From assembly GCF_009914755.1 (NCBI RefSeq), contig NC_060928.1: DNA of 64,000 bases; one strand, 5' to 3'. The notes beneath the pieces are model-generated. The model had not been told where the DNA came from. It saw only the letters and a program-made list of their open reading frames with translations, and did no database searches. Every line of letters begins with the position of its first letter. Position 1 is the stretch's first letter. This document shows positions 1 through 16,597 of the stretch, one piece after another. Source of the DNA: the human T2T-CHM13v2.0 reference genome, Homo sapiens. The position numbers and the translations under genes were made by a program.

Positions 1-227
1 TCTTATGAGATCTAATGGCTTTATAAGATGCTTTTCCCTGCCTTCACGCTGTACTTCTCCCTGCCATTGCCATGCGAAGGACATGCTTGCTTCACCTTCT
101 GCCATGATTATAAGTTTCCTGAGGGCTCCCCAGCCCTGCAGAACTGTGAGTCAATTACACCTCTTCCCCTTATAAATTACTCAGTCTCAGGTATTTCTTC
201 ATAGCAGTGTGAGAATGGACTAGTACA
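1..227 (+). mobile_element. MaLR LTR (MST/THE1 type), 3' part
   Basis: ccatgattataagtttcctgag...ataaattactcagtctcaggtatttcttcatagcagtgtgagaatggactagtaca is the typical MST/THE1 LTR end. Confidence 0.9.
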
Positions 228-712
228 CCTTCTATTCCAAAACTGTTGAGAATTTTTATCAAGAAATAATGTTGAACTTTGTCAGAGATATTTTCAATAA
301 AGATAATCATGAGGCTTTTATCTATCATTCTACTAATGTGATGCATCACATTGATTGATGTATGTATGTTAAACCAGCCTTGCATGCCAGAGTTAAATCC
401 CACTTGATCATGATGTATAATATTTTTGATGTGTTGCTGGACTCAGTATATTTTATTGAGCATTTTTGCATCAATGTTTATCTAAGAAATTTGCTTGTAG
501 GTTTTTTTTTTTTTCCTTGTGATGTCTTTGTCTTCTTAGGTATCAAGGTGATGCTGGCCTTGTAAAATGTGTTAGAAATCATTCCCTCTAGGTTTTTTTT
601 TTTTTTTTTTTTTTTGCAAGAGTTTGGGAAGTATTGGTATCAATTCTTCTTTAAATATTTGGCAAAATTCAGCTGTGAAGCCATCTGGTCCTGGGCTTTT
701 CTTTGTTGGAAA
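228..712 (-). mobile_element. L1 ORF2 (RT region) fragment
   Basis: ORF 170..403 gives [22 protein letters not shown], matching the L1 ORF2p motif [22 protein letters not shown]. Confidence 0.9.
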
Positions 713-969
713 TTAACAACCTTTTATCATACTTTGTATTGCATCTATTTTAAAAGATAAAATTGTGTTTGTTATTTAGTTCTTTTGAAGGTGGAAATGT
801 TTGTTTTGCTGTATTTTCTTTCTTCATGTTAAAGTAAAATTGGAATAAAAATGAGAAATATACAACTCAAACCTACTCTTCCATGTAAGTAAACTTTTTA
901 AAAGTTAAACAGAAAACGTCCGTATATCCTCTAAACTAGTGATGGGTTTTTATGATCAAAATAAATACA

Positions 970-1065
970 AGTTGACTGGGTTTAATTCTGGCTTTGCTAC
1001 TATCAGCAAGCTAGTTAAATTCTGTACTTCGATCTCCTCATCTGTAAAATGAAGAATAAAAGTCT
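970..1065 (+). mobile_element. MIR fragment
   Basis: ctgggtttaattctggctttgctact...tcctcatctgtaaaatga core. Confidence 0.6.
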
Positions 1066-2714
1066 TTCATGGCTTTGTCAGACCCAAAATAATACAAATA
1101 ATAAATACCAGTAAATAATTGGTGGATAGTCCTGTTTCTTTCAATCCCTAAAGCAAAGGGATTTGTTTTGTTCTGTTTTTGGTCTTTTCTTTAAATATAA
1201 TTCTTCAGATGACCTGACAGTTTATAGTTAAGAATATTTCTGTATTTTCTCCAGAGTAATCTGTATAATTACTGTTAAAGTTACTCACTAATATTATTTT
1301 TGTTTAAAATGTATAAAAATAAATGTTTCTGAATTTCTTGCAAAATGAACAAAATGATGTCTAGAAGCATAAACATAAAGAATATAAACCTATCAGTATT
1401 TACTACCCAAATTCTCCATTTTAGCTGCTTTAAGATATTAACCACTCAGCAGAATTAAAATCTTGATCTATAGTCTGAAGGTAAAAAAACACAGAATATT
1501 TAAAATAAAACCGATACATCTGTTAAAAAACTTGTGGGATTATGCTTTATCCATTAATAATTCTATGTGGACACCAAATAAAATGACATTGTTGTGACAT
1601 CACATTAATGTTGTAATGAGACATAAAATAACTATCATTATTATGTCCATATCATTAAAAAAATCTATTCAAATAAACAGAACACAGTACCTAAAGCCTT
1701 TTGGTAATTTAAATAGAAATAAAACTCGAATAGTCACAGTAATGGAGTACACATCAAAAGAGTCCAATTTAGTTCTGTGGATGGCAGTGGGATTCCCTTT
1801 GGGAGATCTCTTTCTATGGTAGGTCTATTGGCAATATTGGAAAGCATGAGTCAGAAACACTGGCAACGGGAGACAGATAGTAAAAAGCAGGGGCTACTTG
1901 TGTTGTTGCAGCATTTAAAATGATAGAGCCATCTAAGTCATGATGACACTGGTATTTTCATGAGGAGGCAAAATTTGCTTTGGACTCAATAAAAATTCCA
2001 AAGATAAGAAACACTAATCAGAGGATTGCAAAAAATGTCCTTGGATTTCTCAAAAGGCATATGAGGGGATATTCTATAAATGTCATTATGATAAGTGACT
2101 TCAGAAGCATCAAGAATTGGCAAAGTGGTGGGAAACTGCGGGGGGAGGGGTTACAACTATGAGTTAATACATCAAAATTAGCTTCCTATCAGCTAGAAAT
2201 GACTGGTTTGACAAAACAGTCAATGAAGAAAGGTGAAATTGTGGAGTGTGGGCAGAAATTGCATAGCATCCTGCTCCTTTATTGGAATGTGTAATAGCTC
2301 TGTACATGGGGGAAAATATTAAATCTTATTTACATAATAGAATATAATGTAAAACATATAAGACATTTAAAGAAACTGGTTATAATAATTTCATGAGTTT
2401 TCTGAAATTTTCTTTGAAAACATTTTTTAGACCTTCGAGTTCTAGATTCAGTACAAGATCTATCTCTCTTTATAGCTGACTTTCAAAATCACTATTACCA
2501 TCTTGGAAGCACTACTCTCATGCTATGGTATCAGCAAGGTCAGCTATACCTCTGATAGCAGTCACACAAGTAACAATACTAAACACTTAATTTCATTCAT
2601 ACAAATACAAGCAGCATTTCTGCAGTTTTCTTGTATTAGAATGGTCACATTTTCCACCTCAAGAAGACTTTATAGTTACTATGACTGCCAAGTATAGTAT
2701 TAATAAAAATAAAT

Positions 2715-3860
<1,146 letters not shown>

Positions 3861-6044
3861 TCATTCTCAAATTAATGCTTATATGGAACTCTAGTGTATA
3901 ACACAGACTTAAAGCAAAGATGTTCTGGGATGGAGAGGGTGTACAGAAGTCTGCCAGTATGCAATCTGCCCACTGGAAGGGACCCCTGAGACACATTTGC
4001 AAGAATTAACTGCTGAATTTCACACGGACTACAGTCGCTTCAGCAAAATCCTGAAGATCCTCCATAATGGAGCCCTGGGCAGCATGATGTGTCACCCAGC
4101 CCCTACTGATGTCTCTTGCATTCTGTTCTCCAGCCTTTACATGCCATGTACCCAATGAGCACACCTTCATTTTTCTAATGTCACCTCTATAAAATCTTTC
4201 CAATATATACAACTCCTGGGTAGGCTTTGACTTGTAAATAAGGAACCAGCATGCCATTTATTTGCTCTCTGTCCTCAGAAAAGATTATTGCTTCAGAAGA
4301 GGTAGAAAAGGCTGTGATGTAGAGAAGTTAGTCTTTGATAAAGGGACAGGCTTCCTCTGAGACTAGCTGTAGTACAAATGTATTTGTAAGTATGGGGGTA
4401 GGGATTTGAAGGATTCCTTTTTTATTTTACCCAGGACCTGACAGAATCACAGAATTTACAGTTAACTTACAATTAATCCACTTCAATCACCAATACTAAC
4501 ATCCACTTTATCAGAACACTACCATAATGTTGTCTAGCCTATTCTTAAAACCTTTCCTTCTAACTTCCTGAGAAAGCTCCCCTCACCTTTGCTTAGTCTG
4601 ATGATGGTTTTTAGGCATGCATTCCCAAAGTTTGCATCTCCTACACTAACTATATTTTCTTAGGAACATTCAAAATGGATAAAATCCATATGTCACATCT
4701 AATACAGTCAACAAGTTCTAATTGAGCACCTACTATGTAACCTAACGCTATTCTAGGTGCTGGGTATTCTCTAGTGAACAAAAGAAGGTCCAGTACTCCA
4801 GTACCAGTACTGGAGTACCCGGCCGGTACTCCAGTAACAGAAATAAAATCACTTATACATTTACAGCTCCTCCCACTGTTTGGCCAAACCACAGGGTTAA
4901 ATTCTCTTATTGCCTTGGTGAAAAATTAGGGTCATGCTGAGAAAGCATTTGCCACATATCTTTTATAAATTAAGAAATATGAATAGGAATTATACACCAG
5001 GTGGATATAACGATGAAAGTACAGATCCCTAAAAATTTTATAAGTCTGCTTCTTTCATTCAGAATTTAATGTTTAGCTTTGTTTTAAATCAACCACCTAA
5101 ATAATGTGTCTCAAAATTTGAAATAAAGAGCCAATAGTTTATGTTGAATAAGTTTATATATTAGTTCAACTTAGTAACACAAAGGAAAGAAGGATGAGTT
5201 GGCCAAGGGTTTAAGTACAAAAGAGAAGTTATTTGTCAGGACTATATAAACATCCTTTAATAACATATGACCAGTATTATTCAGATCTTTATGATCATCC
5301 CACATGACCCTCCATTGGGTTTATTTCTGTGTTTGTTTTTAACATCATTAAAACAAGAAAACACTGGGCAATTAATTTGAAGTTGGTGAAATGAATTCAT
5401 GAGATAATTGATGACATCAAGATGAAGATTTAAATATTTGATTATACTTGGTACTAAAGAAATGTAAACAACAAAACATTAAATTAAATGCAGTACACTC
5501 TTCTATGTGCAGCATAAATATTTATGTGCTAATCAAGTATTCTCACAGCAGTAGCCTTGGGGGGAAATTCTTTTTATGTCTTACATATGTCTTAACATAT
5601 TTGTATTCAACCTGAAGCATAGATACACATTAGATATTCCGTTTGGGCACAGTCCTCTCTACTTCTTGCCAAAAAGCCTTCATTTCTGGGAATACTTGTG
5701 GTTAATAACATCTTCTTAATGGCATGGGTTAACTAAGGTTAATGACCTTCCTTACTACACACATATACACACAGATACACAGAATGAGACTCACATGTTA
5801 ATGGTGAGAAGCAGCAATGGAGAACAAATACAATATTCATTTTAAATGCTATTTTAGATGCACAAAGGAAACTGTGAACCTCAGCAAAATCCACAGACTC
5901 AGACCTCTTCCTCCCCAGTGTTTAGCCATGGATATGTGGCAGAGTAAAAGTAAATCACCAAAACTGGACTGTCTTTAATTATGATCTGCTCTATAGGCAA
6001 TTAAAAGGCATAAAGTTTGTTTTGAGAGATTTAAGTTGAAAGAT

Positions 6045-6280
6045 AGTATAACATACTAGTTAGAAGCCCAGATTCTGTAGTCCAGCTGTTCTATTTTAAG
6101 TTCCAACTCTGACATTTGTGAGCAGTATGATTGTAGGCAAGATACTGAACCTTTTTTACCTCAGTTTTTTCATCTGCAAAATGGGTATAACAGTATCTAC
6201 TTGATATATTTCTTGCGAAAATAAAATGAGATAATATATTTAACATGTCAAAGTGCTATAAACATTATTGCTATTATTAA
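6045..6280 (+). mobile_element. MIR
   Basis: cctcagtttttcatctgcaaaatgggtataacagtatctac core. Confidence 0.75.
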
Positions 6281-6949
6281 AATGCTATCTGCTTACTGAT
6301 TTTTATTTTAAAACACTGAATGCCTAGGAATAATCAAATCCAAATGTCTTTGTTCCTCTTCAGTATGACCACTTTATTTTTGTTCTCACTTTAGTGAAAT
6401 GTTTTTCTGCTTTCTTATTTAACTTTCTTGTCTTTAAAAATAAAATGGCTATAGCAGGAGTCCAATGATGGAAATGGACAGTACAACTCTTTAACCATTC
6501 TTCAAAACCATAGTACTAAGTCCTTTCAAAATAAACAAGGCCATCATAAATTTCAATCTCATTTTCTTTTATGCCTTATTTAGGCTGAAGTCCACCAATT
6601 AGAGACTGTTTTTATACAAATTCCATATGGCATTAAGCATGATGATGTAACATAACTAAATCTCAGTACTGTTCCCCCAAAACATAGGTATAGTCCCTTT
6701 TTTATATGACTTGTCTAGTCTACTTTTCCCAGTTGGAGCTTATACATCTGCTTTCACAATCTTCACCCATCTCAGTTTTATATTTCCAAAATGATTCTTT
6801 CTCATGCACTGAATCTCTTAATAAACATGGTCTTTCCAAAACTTTTGACTATTCCTACGGCAACTCAGACATCTTTGCCTACTGTATTAAAAACAAAATA
6901 AAACAAAACAAAAAAACATGAAACAGATGGCCCAATACTTGTAGACAGC

Positions 6950-7130
6950 AGCTGATTTTACCACTTACTAACTGTATATGCTCTCTATACCCTTCAGTTT
7001 CTTCATCTGAAAAATGGTGATAATGGCCCTAAATTTCTGGACTGTAGTGAGGTTTAGGGACAATATAAATTAAGTGCTTAGCACAATGTCTGACAGGTAA
7101 TAGGCTATAAAAGGAAACTATTATAATTAT
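6950..7130 (+). mobile_element. MIR
   Basis: cttcagtttcttcatctgaaaaatggtgataat...aagtgcttagcacaatgtctgac. Confidence 0.7.
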
Positions 7131-7559
7131 TATTCTTCATCAACTTGAAACTATAATTATTTCAATGAAACTCCCCAAATGCCATCTTGAGGAGGAAATG
7201 AAATTTGTGTTATTTCTCCTTTGCAATATTTTTCTGCCAGCATGGTGGTGGACAGTTGATACATTTTACCTCAAATTTACCCAATTCTTTTTAGTAGTTA
7301 TTTAATAGCCTCATTTAATGATTAGTTAAGGCTTAGAGAGACTAATTTAGGCAAGGTAAATTTGACAAGTATTGGAACCAAGATTTGGACTCAGAACTAT
7401 GATTCCCAATTCTCAATTATTTCTGTACTCTATAAATCTTCCTTTGATATTTAACCCATAGATAACTAAAACCAATGATTTGGGTTAAGTTCTATCTCAT
7501 TATGTACTTACTTAATTATCACAATGGAGTCTTAGCCTTTCTTCCTATTTCCACATTTC

Positions 7560-8310
7560 TCCGCAGCAATCCATCAGACACTCTGTAATTTGAGATATTT
7601 TGGAAAGCCTTTGATACTGTCTCTTCTGCTCAAATGTCTTCTTCTACCTACTGTCTACTGAATCAAGCACACACTCCATAGCATGAACTCATACCTTTTC
7701 AGTCAAGCATTTATTATTTTCATTGACGTTTCAAGTTCAGTGAGTCTAGCTTCCCTACTGAACTGTCTTTGAGCCTTTGAACATGCCCCCACACTTAACT
7801 GATCGTGCTCAAGCTGTGGGCCCCATCGGCACTGTTTTTTTCCTACTTCCCTACACTCAAATCCTATTCACCCTTCAAGATCCAGCTTAAATGTTACATC
7901 TCCATGGACCTTTTCTGAATCCCTAGTTAAAAGTGACATCATTTTATTAATGCCAAACCTATTTGGGGCTAATATTTTTATGTTATTTGTTGTGCTCTCT
8001 CTGCTAAGCTTATGTTCCCATGGTGCCCTATATTTTTCCAACCTTAAATTAATAATAAAAATATAATTTGATTGAGCCCAGGAGTTACAGTACAGCCTAT
8101 GTAGTGAGACTCCTGCCTCTAAAAAATACTACTAATAATATATCAATAAATAATCAAATGTTATTATTTGTATTGATTCTAATATCATTTTTACCCAGCT
8201 AGACAGTAAACTCCACAGAGTATGAATAGTACCTATTTTGCTCATTGCCATAACTCCAGTGTCTAGCACAGTACCTGAGCCTTAGTAGTGTTTAATAAAC
8301 ATTATTGAGT
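7560..8310 (+). mobile_element. Degenerate L2 fragments, with a short Alu/FLAM remnant at about 8070-8130
   Basis: cccttcaagatccagcttaaatgttacatctcc; ctagacagtaaactcca...cagtgtctagcacagtacctg...aataaacatt. Confidence 0.6.
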
Positions 8311-8717
8311 ATGTAGACACTATAATCTACCTCATTTAATATTCTTTTATGCTAATAATTATACCTTCTCTTAGTTTATAATTTCCTAAAGGGCAGAATC
8401 TATAGCATTCTTCTCTATATCTCTTCCAGAGTTCCTAAATATGTGATTAAAAATATTAATAAATCTTCCCTCTACAAAATTTGCTCCATAGAAAGTAAAA
8501 TTCTGAAATATTTATTTTTCTAATATTATACAAATATTGACCTAGTTGACATTTATAGAACACTCCACCCAACAACATAATACACATTCCCTTACACTGC
8601 ATATGCAAAATTCATCAAAAAAGAGCACAATCTGTTTCATAAACATGACTCAACAAATTAAAACAAATTAAATCTTATAAAGTATGTTCTTTGATTATAG
8701 AGAAATTAAATCACACC

Positions 8718-8950
8718 ATAAAGGGTGATTCTGGTGAGGTCTCAGAAATGAGAAACGTGTTATTGGACAATGGAGAAAAGGCTATTCTTGTAATAAAATG
8801 GCAAAGAATTTGGCTGAATTGTTTTTGTGTCCTAGTGTTCTGTGGAAGGTAGAACCTGAGTGACAAAATTGGATATTGGCCAGGGAAATATCTATGTGAA
8901 TTGCTGAAGATATGGCTTGGCTTTTCTTGACGGCCTACTGTAAAATGAAA
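8718..8950 (+). mobile_element. MaLR internal-region fragment (MST/MLT1-int)
   Basis: ggtgaggtctcag...ttattggacaatggagaaaaggc...tggcaaagaatttggctgaattg. Confidence 0.75.
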
Positions 8951-8952
8951 AA

Positions 8953-9022
8953 TGTAAAAAAAAAAAAAATGCAATATCCGTGAAGTGCAGTAAAGTGAAT
9001 CACAACAAAAAGAAGTATGTCT
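8953..9022 (-). mobile_element. Tigger1 left (5') terminal fragment including the TIR
   Basis: The reverse complement matches the recalled Tigger1 start CAGGCATACCTCGTTTTATTGCGCTTCGCTTTATTGCGCTTCGCAGATATTGC; abuts TA at 9023-9024. Confidence 0.7.
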
Positions 9023-9024
9023 GT

Positions 9025-11880
9025 ATTAATATCACACAAAATCAACTTTAAATCAAGGGTTTTGCCAAGAACTAAAGAAAGATGATATGTAATTATAAAA
9101 GGGTCAATTCATCAACATAACAAATGTTAAAACGATCCGTAAATGTGTATGCAACTAACCACAGAGTTGCAAAGTACTCGAAGCAAATACTGTTATAATG
9201 AAGAGAAGTACACAAATCCACATTATAGTTTAAGACATCAACACTCTTCTCTCAGTAACTGATAAAGTAGACAAAAATTGATAAGCAAATAGTATCTATT
9301 AGCAATATTATCAACCATCTTGACCTAGTTGACATTTATAGAACACTCCACCCAACAACAGCATAATACACATTATCTTCCACTGCATATACAAAACTAA
9401 TAAAAAAAGAGCACAATTTGGTTCATAAACACACCTCAACAAATTTAAAAAAATAAATCTTATAAAGTATGTTCTTCGATTTTAAAAGAATTGAACCACA
9501 AGTTAATAACAGAAAGATATCTGGAAAATCCCCAAATATTATAAAATTAAACAACAAGCTTCTAAATGACTTAGGAATTAAAAAGAAGTACAAAAAAACT
9601 TAAAAAATATTTTGTTTTAAATGAAAACATAAAAAATTTGGGAGATGCACACAAGGCAATGATTGGGGAAAATTTATAGATTTAAATTCTTAATTAGAAA
9701 ATAAGAAAACAAGAAAACAATAATCAACCCTACCTTAAGACACTGGGAAAAAGCAGAGTAAATTAAACCAAATAAAAGCAGAAAAAAGGAAATAATAAAG
9801 AAACTGATGAAATTGAAAACAGTAGAAAAGTCAATAGAAACAAGTCAGTTCATTATAAAGATATATAGAATTATTTAGAAAAAAAGAAGGCACAAATTTG
9901 CAACACTAGGAATGAGGAGAAAGATATTACCATAGACCTATTAAACATAAAAGAATGATAAATAAATGCTATGAATAACATTATGCCAATAAATTTGCTC
10001 ATGTAGATAAAATGGATAAATCTTTTTGAAATACAAAAACTTTCAAAGCTCATTCAGGAAGACACAGATGTCTGAATAGTACATACCTAAAAATAATAAC
10101 ATCAATTTAAACAGATTCTGCCAGAAAACAACAGATTCTGCCAGAAAATAGAAAAAAAGGAAATGCTTCCAATTTTTTTAATGAATCCAGCATATTCTGA
10201 TAACAAAACCGAAGACATTATTTTTAAAAATCGGACAAGTTAGAGTTTCCCAAAGGGAACTGGAAAAAAAAAAATCAGATGAAAGCCCCTCTAAACAAGA
10301 AGTAAAAATCTTTAAAAAATGGAATTCAAGAGTGCCTAAAACCAATATTATATAAAAACAAGTGAGATTTATCTTAGAACTACAAAGTTAGTTCAAAATT
10401 TGAAAACCAATCAGTATAACTCATAGTATTTACAGACCAAAAAACAAAACAGAAACAAAAACACTCCTATGTGATCATCTCAATATATTCAGAGAAAGCA
10501 TCTGAAAAAAACTTAACCTTAATTCATTATTTAAAAAAAAAAAAAAAAAAGAAGAAGAAGAACAAGAAGAAAGCTTTCAACAAGCTAGGGATAGAAGAAA
10601 AGTTTCCCGGCCGGGCGCAGTGGCTCACGCCTGTAATCCCAGCACTTTGGGAGGCCGATGCGGGCAGATCATGAGGTCAGGAGATCGAGACCATCCTGGC
10701 TAATACGGTGAAACCTCGTCTTTACTAAAAAATACAAAAAAAGAAAAATTAGCTGGGTGTGATGGCGGGCGCCTGTAGTCCCAGCTACTCAGGAGGCTGA
10801 GGCAGGAGAATGGTGTGAACCCAGGAGGCGGAGCTGGCAGCAAGCCGAGATCGCACCACTGCACTCCAGCCTGGGCAACAGAGCAAGACACCGTCTCAAA
10901 AAAAAAAAAAAAAAAAAAAAAAGAAGAAGAAGAAAAGTTTCTCAAGCATATAAAGCTCTTCTAAGGAAATCCTATAGCTAATATATGCAATGGTGAGACT
11001 GAATGCTTTCTTTTGAAGCTCGGAATGGAGCAAGGATGTCTGCTCTTATCACTCCTATTTGTATTGGAAGTCTTAGCCACTGCAATAAAGCAAGAAAAAG
11101 AAATATAAAACACACAAGATGGCAAGGAATAAAGTGCTTTTATTAATATACTATAAAGAAAATCCTTGAGAATCTGCCATGAAAAGACTAATACGTAAGT
11201 TTACAAAAATCACAGAGTGAAAGGTCATACATAAAAATCAAACTATTTCCATATACAAGCATTTAACAAATAGGTACTGAAATTGTAAAAGCAGTAACAT
11301 ATACAATAGCACTGAAAACTATGAAATAATTATCTGTGAATCTAACAAAATTTGTAAAATATTTAAATGGAAAAAATTTTAAAGCATTTATGAAAAATCA
11401 AATAAAACCTTAAAAATTGAGAGAGATATATTATGCTTAATTAGAAAAGTTAATCTTGCTAATTTGACAATTCTTTCCAAGTTTAACTGTATATTTTCAG
11501 CAAGAATAAACTATCAATCACAAAATGTGAGTCCTTCAGCTTTTTATTGTTTTTCAAAATTATTTTGGCTTTTCTAGGTCATTTGCTTTTAAATATCAAC
11601 TCTAGAATTGTTTCTTTCTTTCTCAAAAAAAAAACCCTTACAATTATAAAACTTAGAAAATACAGAAGAAAATATTTTTGACCTTGAAGTAGAAAATATT
11701 TCTTACCTTAAAGTAGAAAATATTTTGTAGATAGGAAATATACACGTATTAGAATGGCAACAGTTTTTGTTTTTTTCCCAAGGGAAAATAACTAGAATAT
11801 TCATACATTGGTGTTGGGAATGCAAAATGGTACCTCCACTTTAGAAACTGGTTTGGCAGTTTGAAATGAAGTTAAACATT
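9025..11880 (+). mobile_element. Old L1M ORF2 remnant (EN to RT), heavily decayed, with an AluY insert
   Basis: gacatttatagaacactccacccaacaacagca and other ORF2 motifs; A-rich plus strand. Confidence 0.85.
10609..10926 (+). mobile_element. AluY
   Basis: gagatcgagaccatcctggctaa Y diagnostics; long A tail; TSD agaagaaaagtttc on both sides. Confidence 0.95.
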
Positions 11881-11884
11881 AAAA

Positions 11885-13185
11885 AATGCACAGATAAATG
11901 GAAGGACATTCCATGTTCATAGACTGAAAAGATGAATATTGTTAAAATGCCCATACTACCCAAAGCAATCTACAGGTTCAATGCAATCCTGTCAAAATCT
12001 CAATGGCATTTTTCACAGAAATAAAAAAAAAATCCTAAAATTCATCTGGACTCACACAAGACCCCAAAAAGGCAAAGCAATTTTGAGCAAGAACAACAAT
12101 GCTAGAGGTACCACACTCCCTGATTTCATAGTATACTACAAAGCCATAGTAATCAAAACAATATGGCATTGGCATAAAATCAGACATATAGACCAATGCA
12201 ACAGAAGAGAGAGCCCAGAAATAAACTCATGCATCTATGCCAACTGATATTTGACAAGGGTACCAAGAATACACAATGTATAAAAGATAGTGTCCTCAAT
12301 AAAGAGTATTAGGGAAACTAAACATCCACATGCAGAAGAATAAAATTGGGCCCTATTTCACACCTTTCATAAAAATCAACTTGAAATGGATTGAAAATTT
12401 AAATATAAAACTGAAACATTAAAACTCTTAGAAGAAAACATAGGGACCAAGCTTCTAGATATTAGACTTGGCAATGATTTATTGGATATGACATGACACC
12501 AAAAGCAAAGGCAGCAAAAGCAAAAACAGACAAGGGGATTACATCAAACTAAAACGCTTCTGCACAGTCAAGGAATCAATTAACAAATTAAAAGGCGGTC
12601 TACCAAATGAGAGAAAATATTTGCAAGCCATGTATTTGATAAAAAGTTAATATCCAAAGTTTATAAGGAACTCCTACAACTCAATAGCAAAAGACCAAAT
12701 AATCTAGTTTAAAAATGGACAAATTGGCCAGGCGCGGTGGCTCACGCTTGTAATCTCAGCACTTTGGGAGGCCGAGGGGGGCGGATCACGAGGTCAGGAG
12801 ATCGAGACCATCCAGGCTAACACGGTGAAACCCCGTCTCTACTAAAAATACAGAAAATTAGCTGGGTGAGGTGGCAGGTGCCTGTAGTCCCAGCTGCTCG
12901 GGGGGCTGAGGCAGGAGAATGGAGTGAACCCTGGGTGGCAGAGCCTGCAGTAAGCCGAGATCCGGCCACCGCACTCCAGCCTGGGTGACAGAGCGAGACT
13001 CTGTCTCAAAAAAAAAAAAAAAAAAAAAAAAAATGGACAAATGACCTGAATAGACATTCCATCAAAGAAGACACACAAATGGACAACAGGTTTATGAGAC
13101 GGTGAACAACATTCCTAATTATCAGGAAAATGCAAGTCAAAACAACAATGAGATATCACCTCACATCTGTTAGGATGGTTGTTAG
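11885..13185 (+). mobile_element. L1MA/MB ORF2 3' part, with an AluY insert
   Basis: ORF 11939..12247 contains [45 protein letters not shown] (L1 ORF2p). Confidence 0.9.
12726..13028 (+). mobile_element. AluY
   Basis: Full dimer with Y diagnostics; TSD aaaaatggacaaat. Confidence 0.95.
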
Positions 13186-13329
13186 GTTGAATAGAAAGTT
13201 GGGTGTCTCCACTGAGAAATCCTTTGGGCTAGGGTTGGCTCCAAGTTCTCAACTGTCAATTCACTGAATTATAAAAATAGCTATTAATTACCATTGATAC
13301 TTCAGCAAAAACCCCTTAAAACACATTCC

Positions 13330-13818
13330 TACAAATATTTCACACCCAGGTAGTTAGTCTCAATCATGATACTTCCATCTCTGTGGCTAAGGGCTATTCA
13401 AAAATGGACATGCAGTCCAACTCTGGCCAGTGATATGTGAGAGATAGTTGGGAAATTGTTGAGAAATACTTCTTTTCTTCTAAAATAAGTCAAACTGAGA
13501 GATAACTCCTTATTGTTTTCTCTGAATATTGTTGTGTCCCAATGTGACACCTGAGACTGCTACAACTCTATGAGAAGCAAGCTGTAAGAGAAACTAACCT
13601 GAGGACAATGTGGACTCACAAAGAATACCAAAGTAGAAAGACAGAAATAACCAGGGTCTCATATCACACATTTGAGGGGCTGGATCAAATGCCACTGAGA
13701 ACAGCCCAGCTTTTGATATTACTATTATATTAAATAATAATTTTTCATATTGTTAACACCAACCAGTGTGAGGCTGAAGTTTTAATTAATCACAATTGAA
13801 AACACCCAAATGAATACA
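13330..13818 (+). mobile_element. Old MaLR LTR (MLT1J/K-like)
   Basis: ccaactctggccagtgatatgtga...ggctggatcaa...attgaaaacacccaaatgaataca end. Confidence 0.6.
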
Positions 13819-14139
13819 CATACTTAAACATTAATTCCCATAGCCTCAAGAATCTTCCAAAAATATGGAAGGCTTTTTATGTGAAACTTCAAGAAAGGTT
13901 TTAATTCAAACTGTATTATAACACAATTTTGGATAGTTCAAACAAGGACTTTTGTATTACACGTATACAAAAACATTTTTAAAAAAATACTATAACTCAC
14001 CAAAGAGAGAAACTTCCTGTATATTTTATGCAATTTAAAGCACCCATTACATATGCTTGATATACTAATTACAATATATTTCTAGCAATTCTTTGATAAC
14101 AGGTCTTTAGTCATAAGCTTGGTAAGTAATTCTGAGATT

Positions 14140-14410
14140 TCTTAATTCATTCACAAAATACTTATTGAAAATTTTTGCTGGCTGAAGGTGAAATGGTTAA
14201 CCATACATACTCAAGGAGTTTATAGGCTAGGGGGAAATACAAATATTAAAAAATTTATATGTAAACAATTAACATAATAAAAAATGGTAACAAAAATGAA
14301 AGGTGCTCTTATATGTCTACAACAAGGAAATCTTATCTAGAGTAAGGGGTCAGGGAAGGTTCCTCTGAGAACATTTAAATGAAGACCTGAAGGATCATCT
14401 AATTAGGGTG
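14140..14410 (-). mobile_element. L2 3' fragment
   Basis: ttcattcacaaaatacttattga...ctcaaggagtttataggctag...gggtcagggaaggttcctctgag. Confidence 0.65.
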
Positions 14411-14414
14411 AAAG

Positions 14415-16597
<2,183 letters not shown>

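Noticed and set aside
3900-4260. GC-richer unique stretch with an ORF (4006..4257 minus) as a possible exon or pseudogene
   Set aside because: No recognisable protein (not TMPRSS-like) and no convincing splice-site pair.
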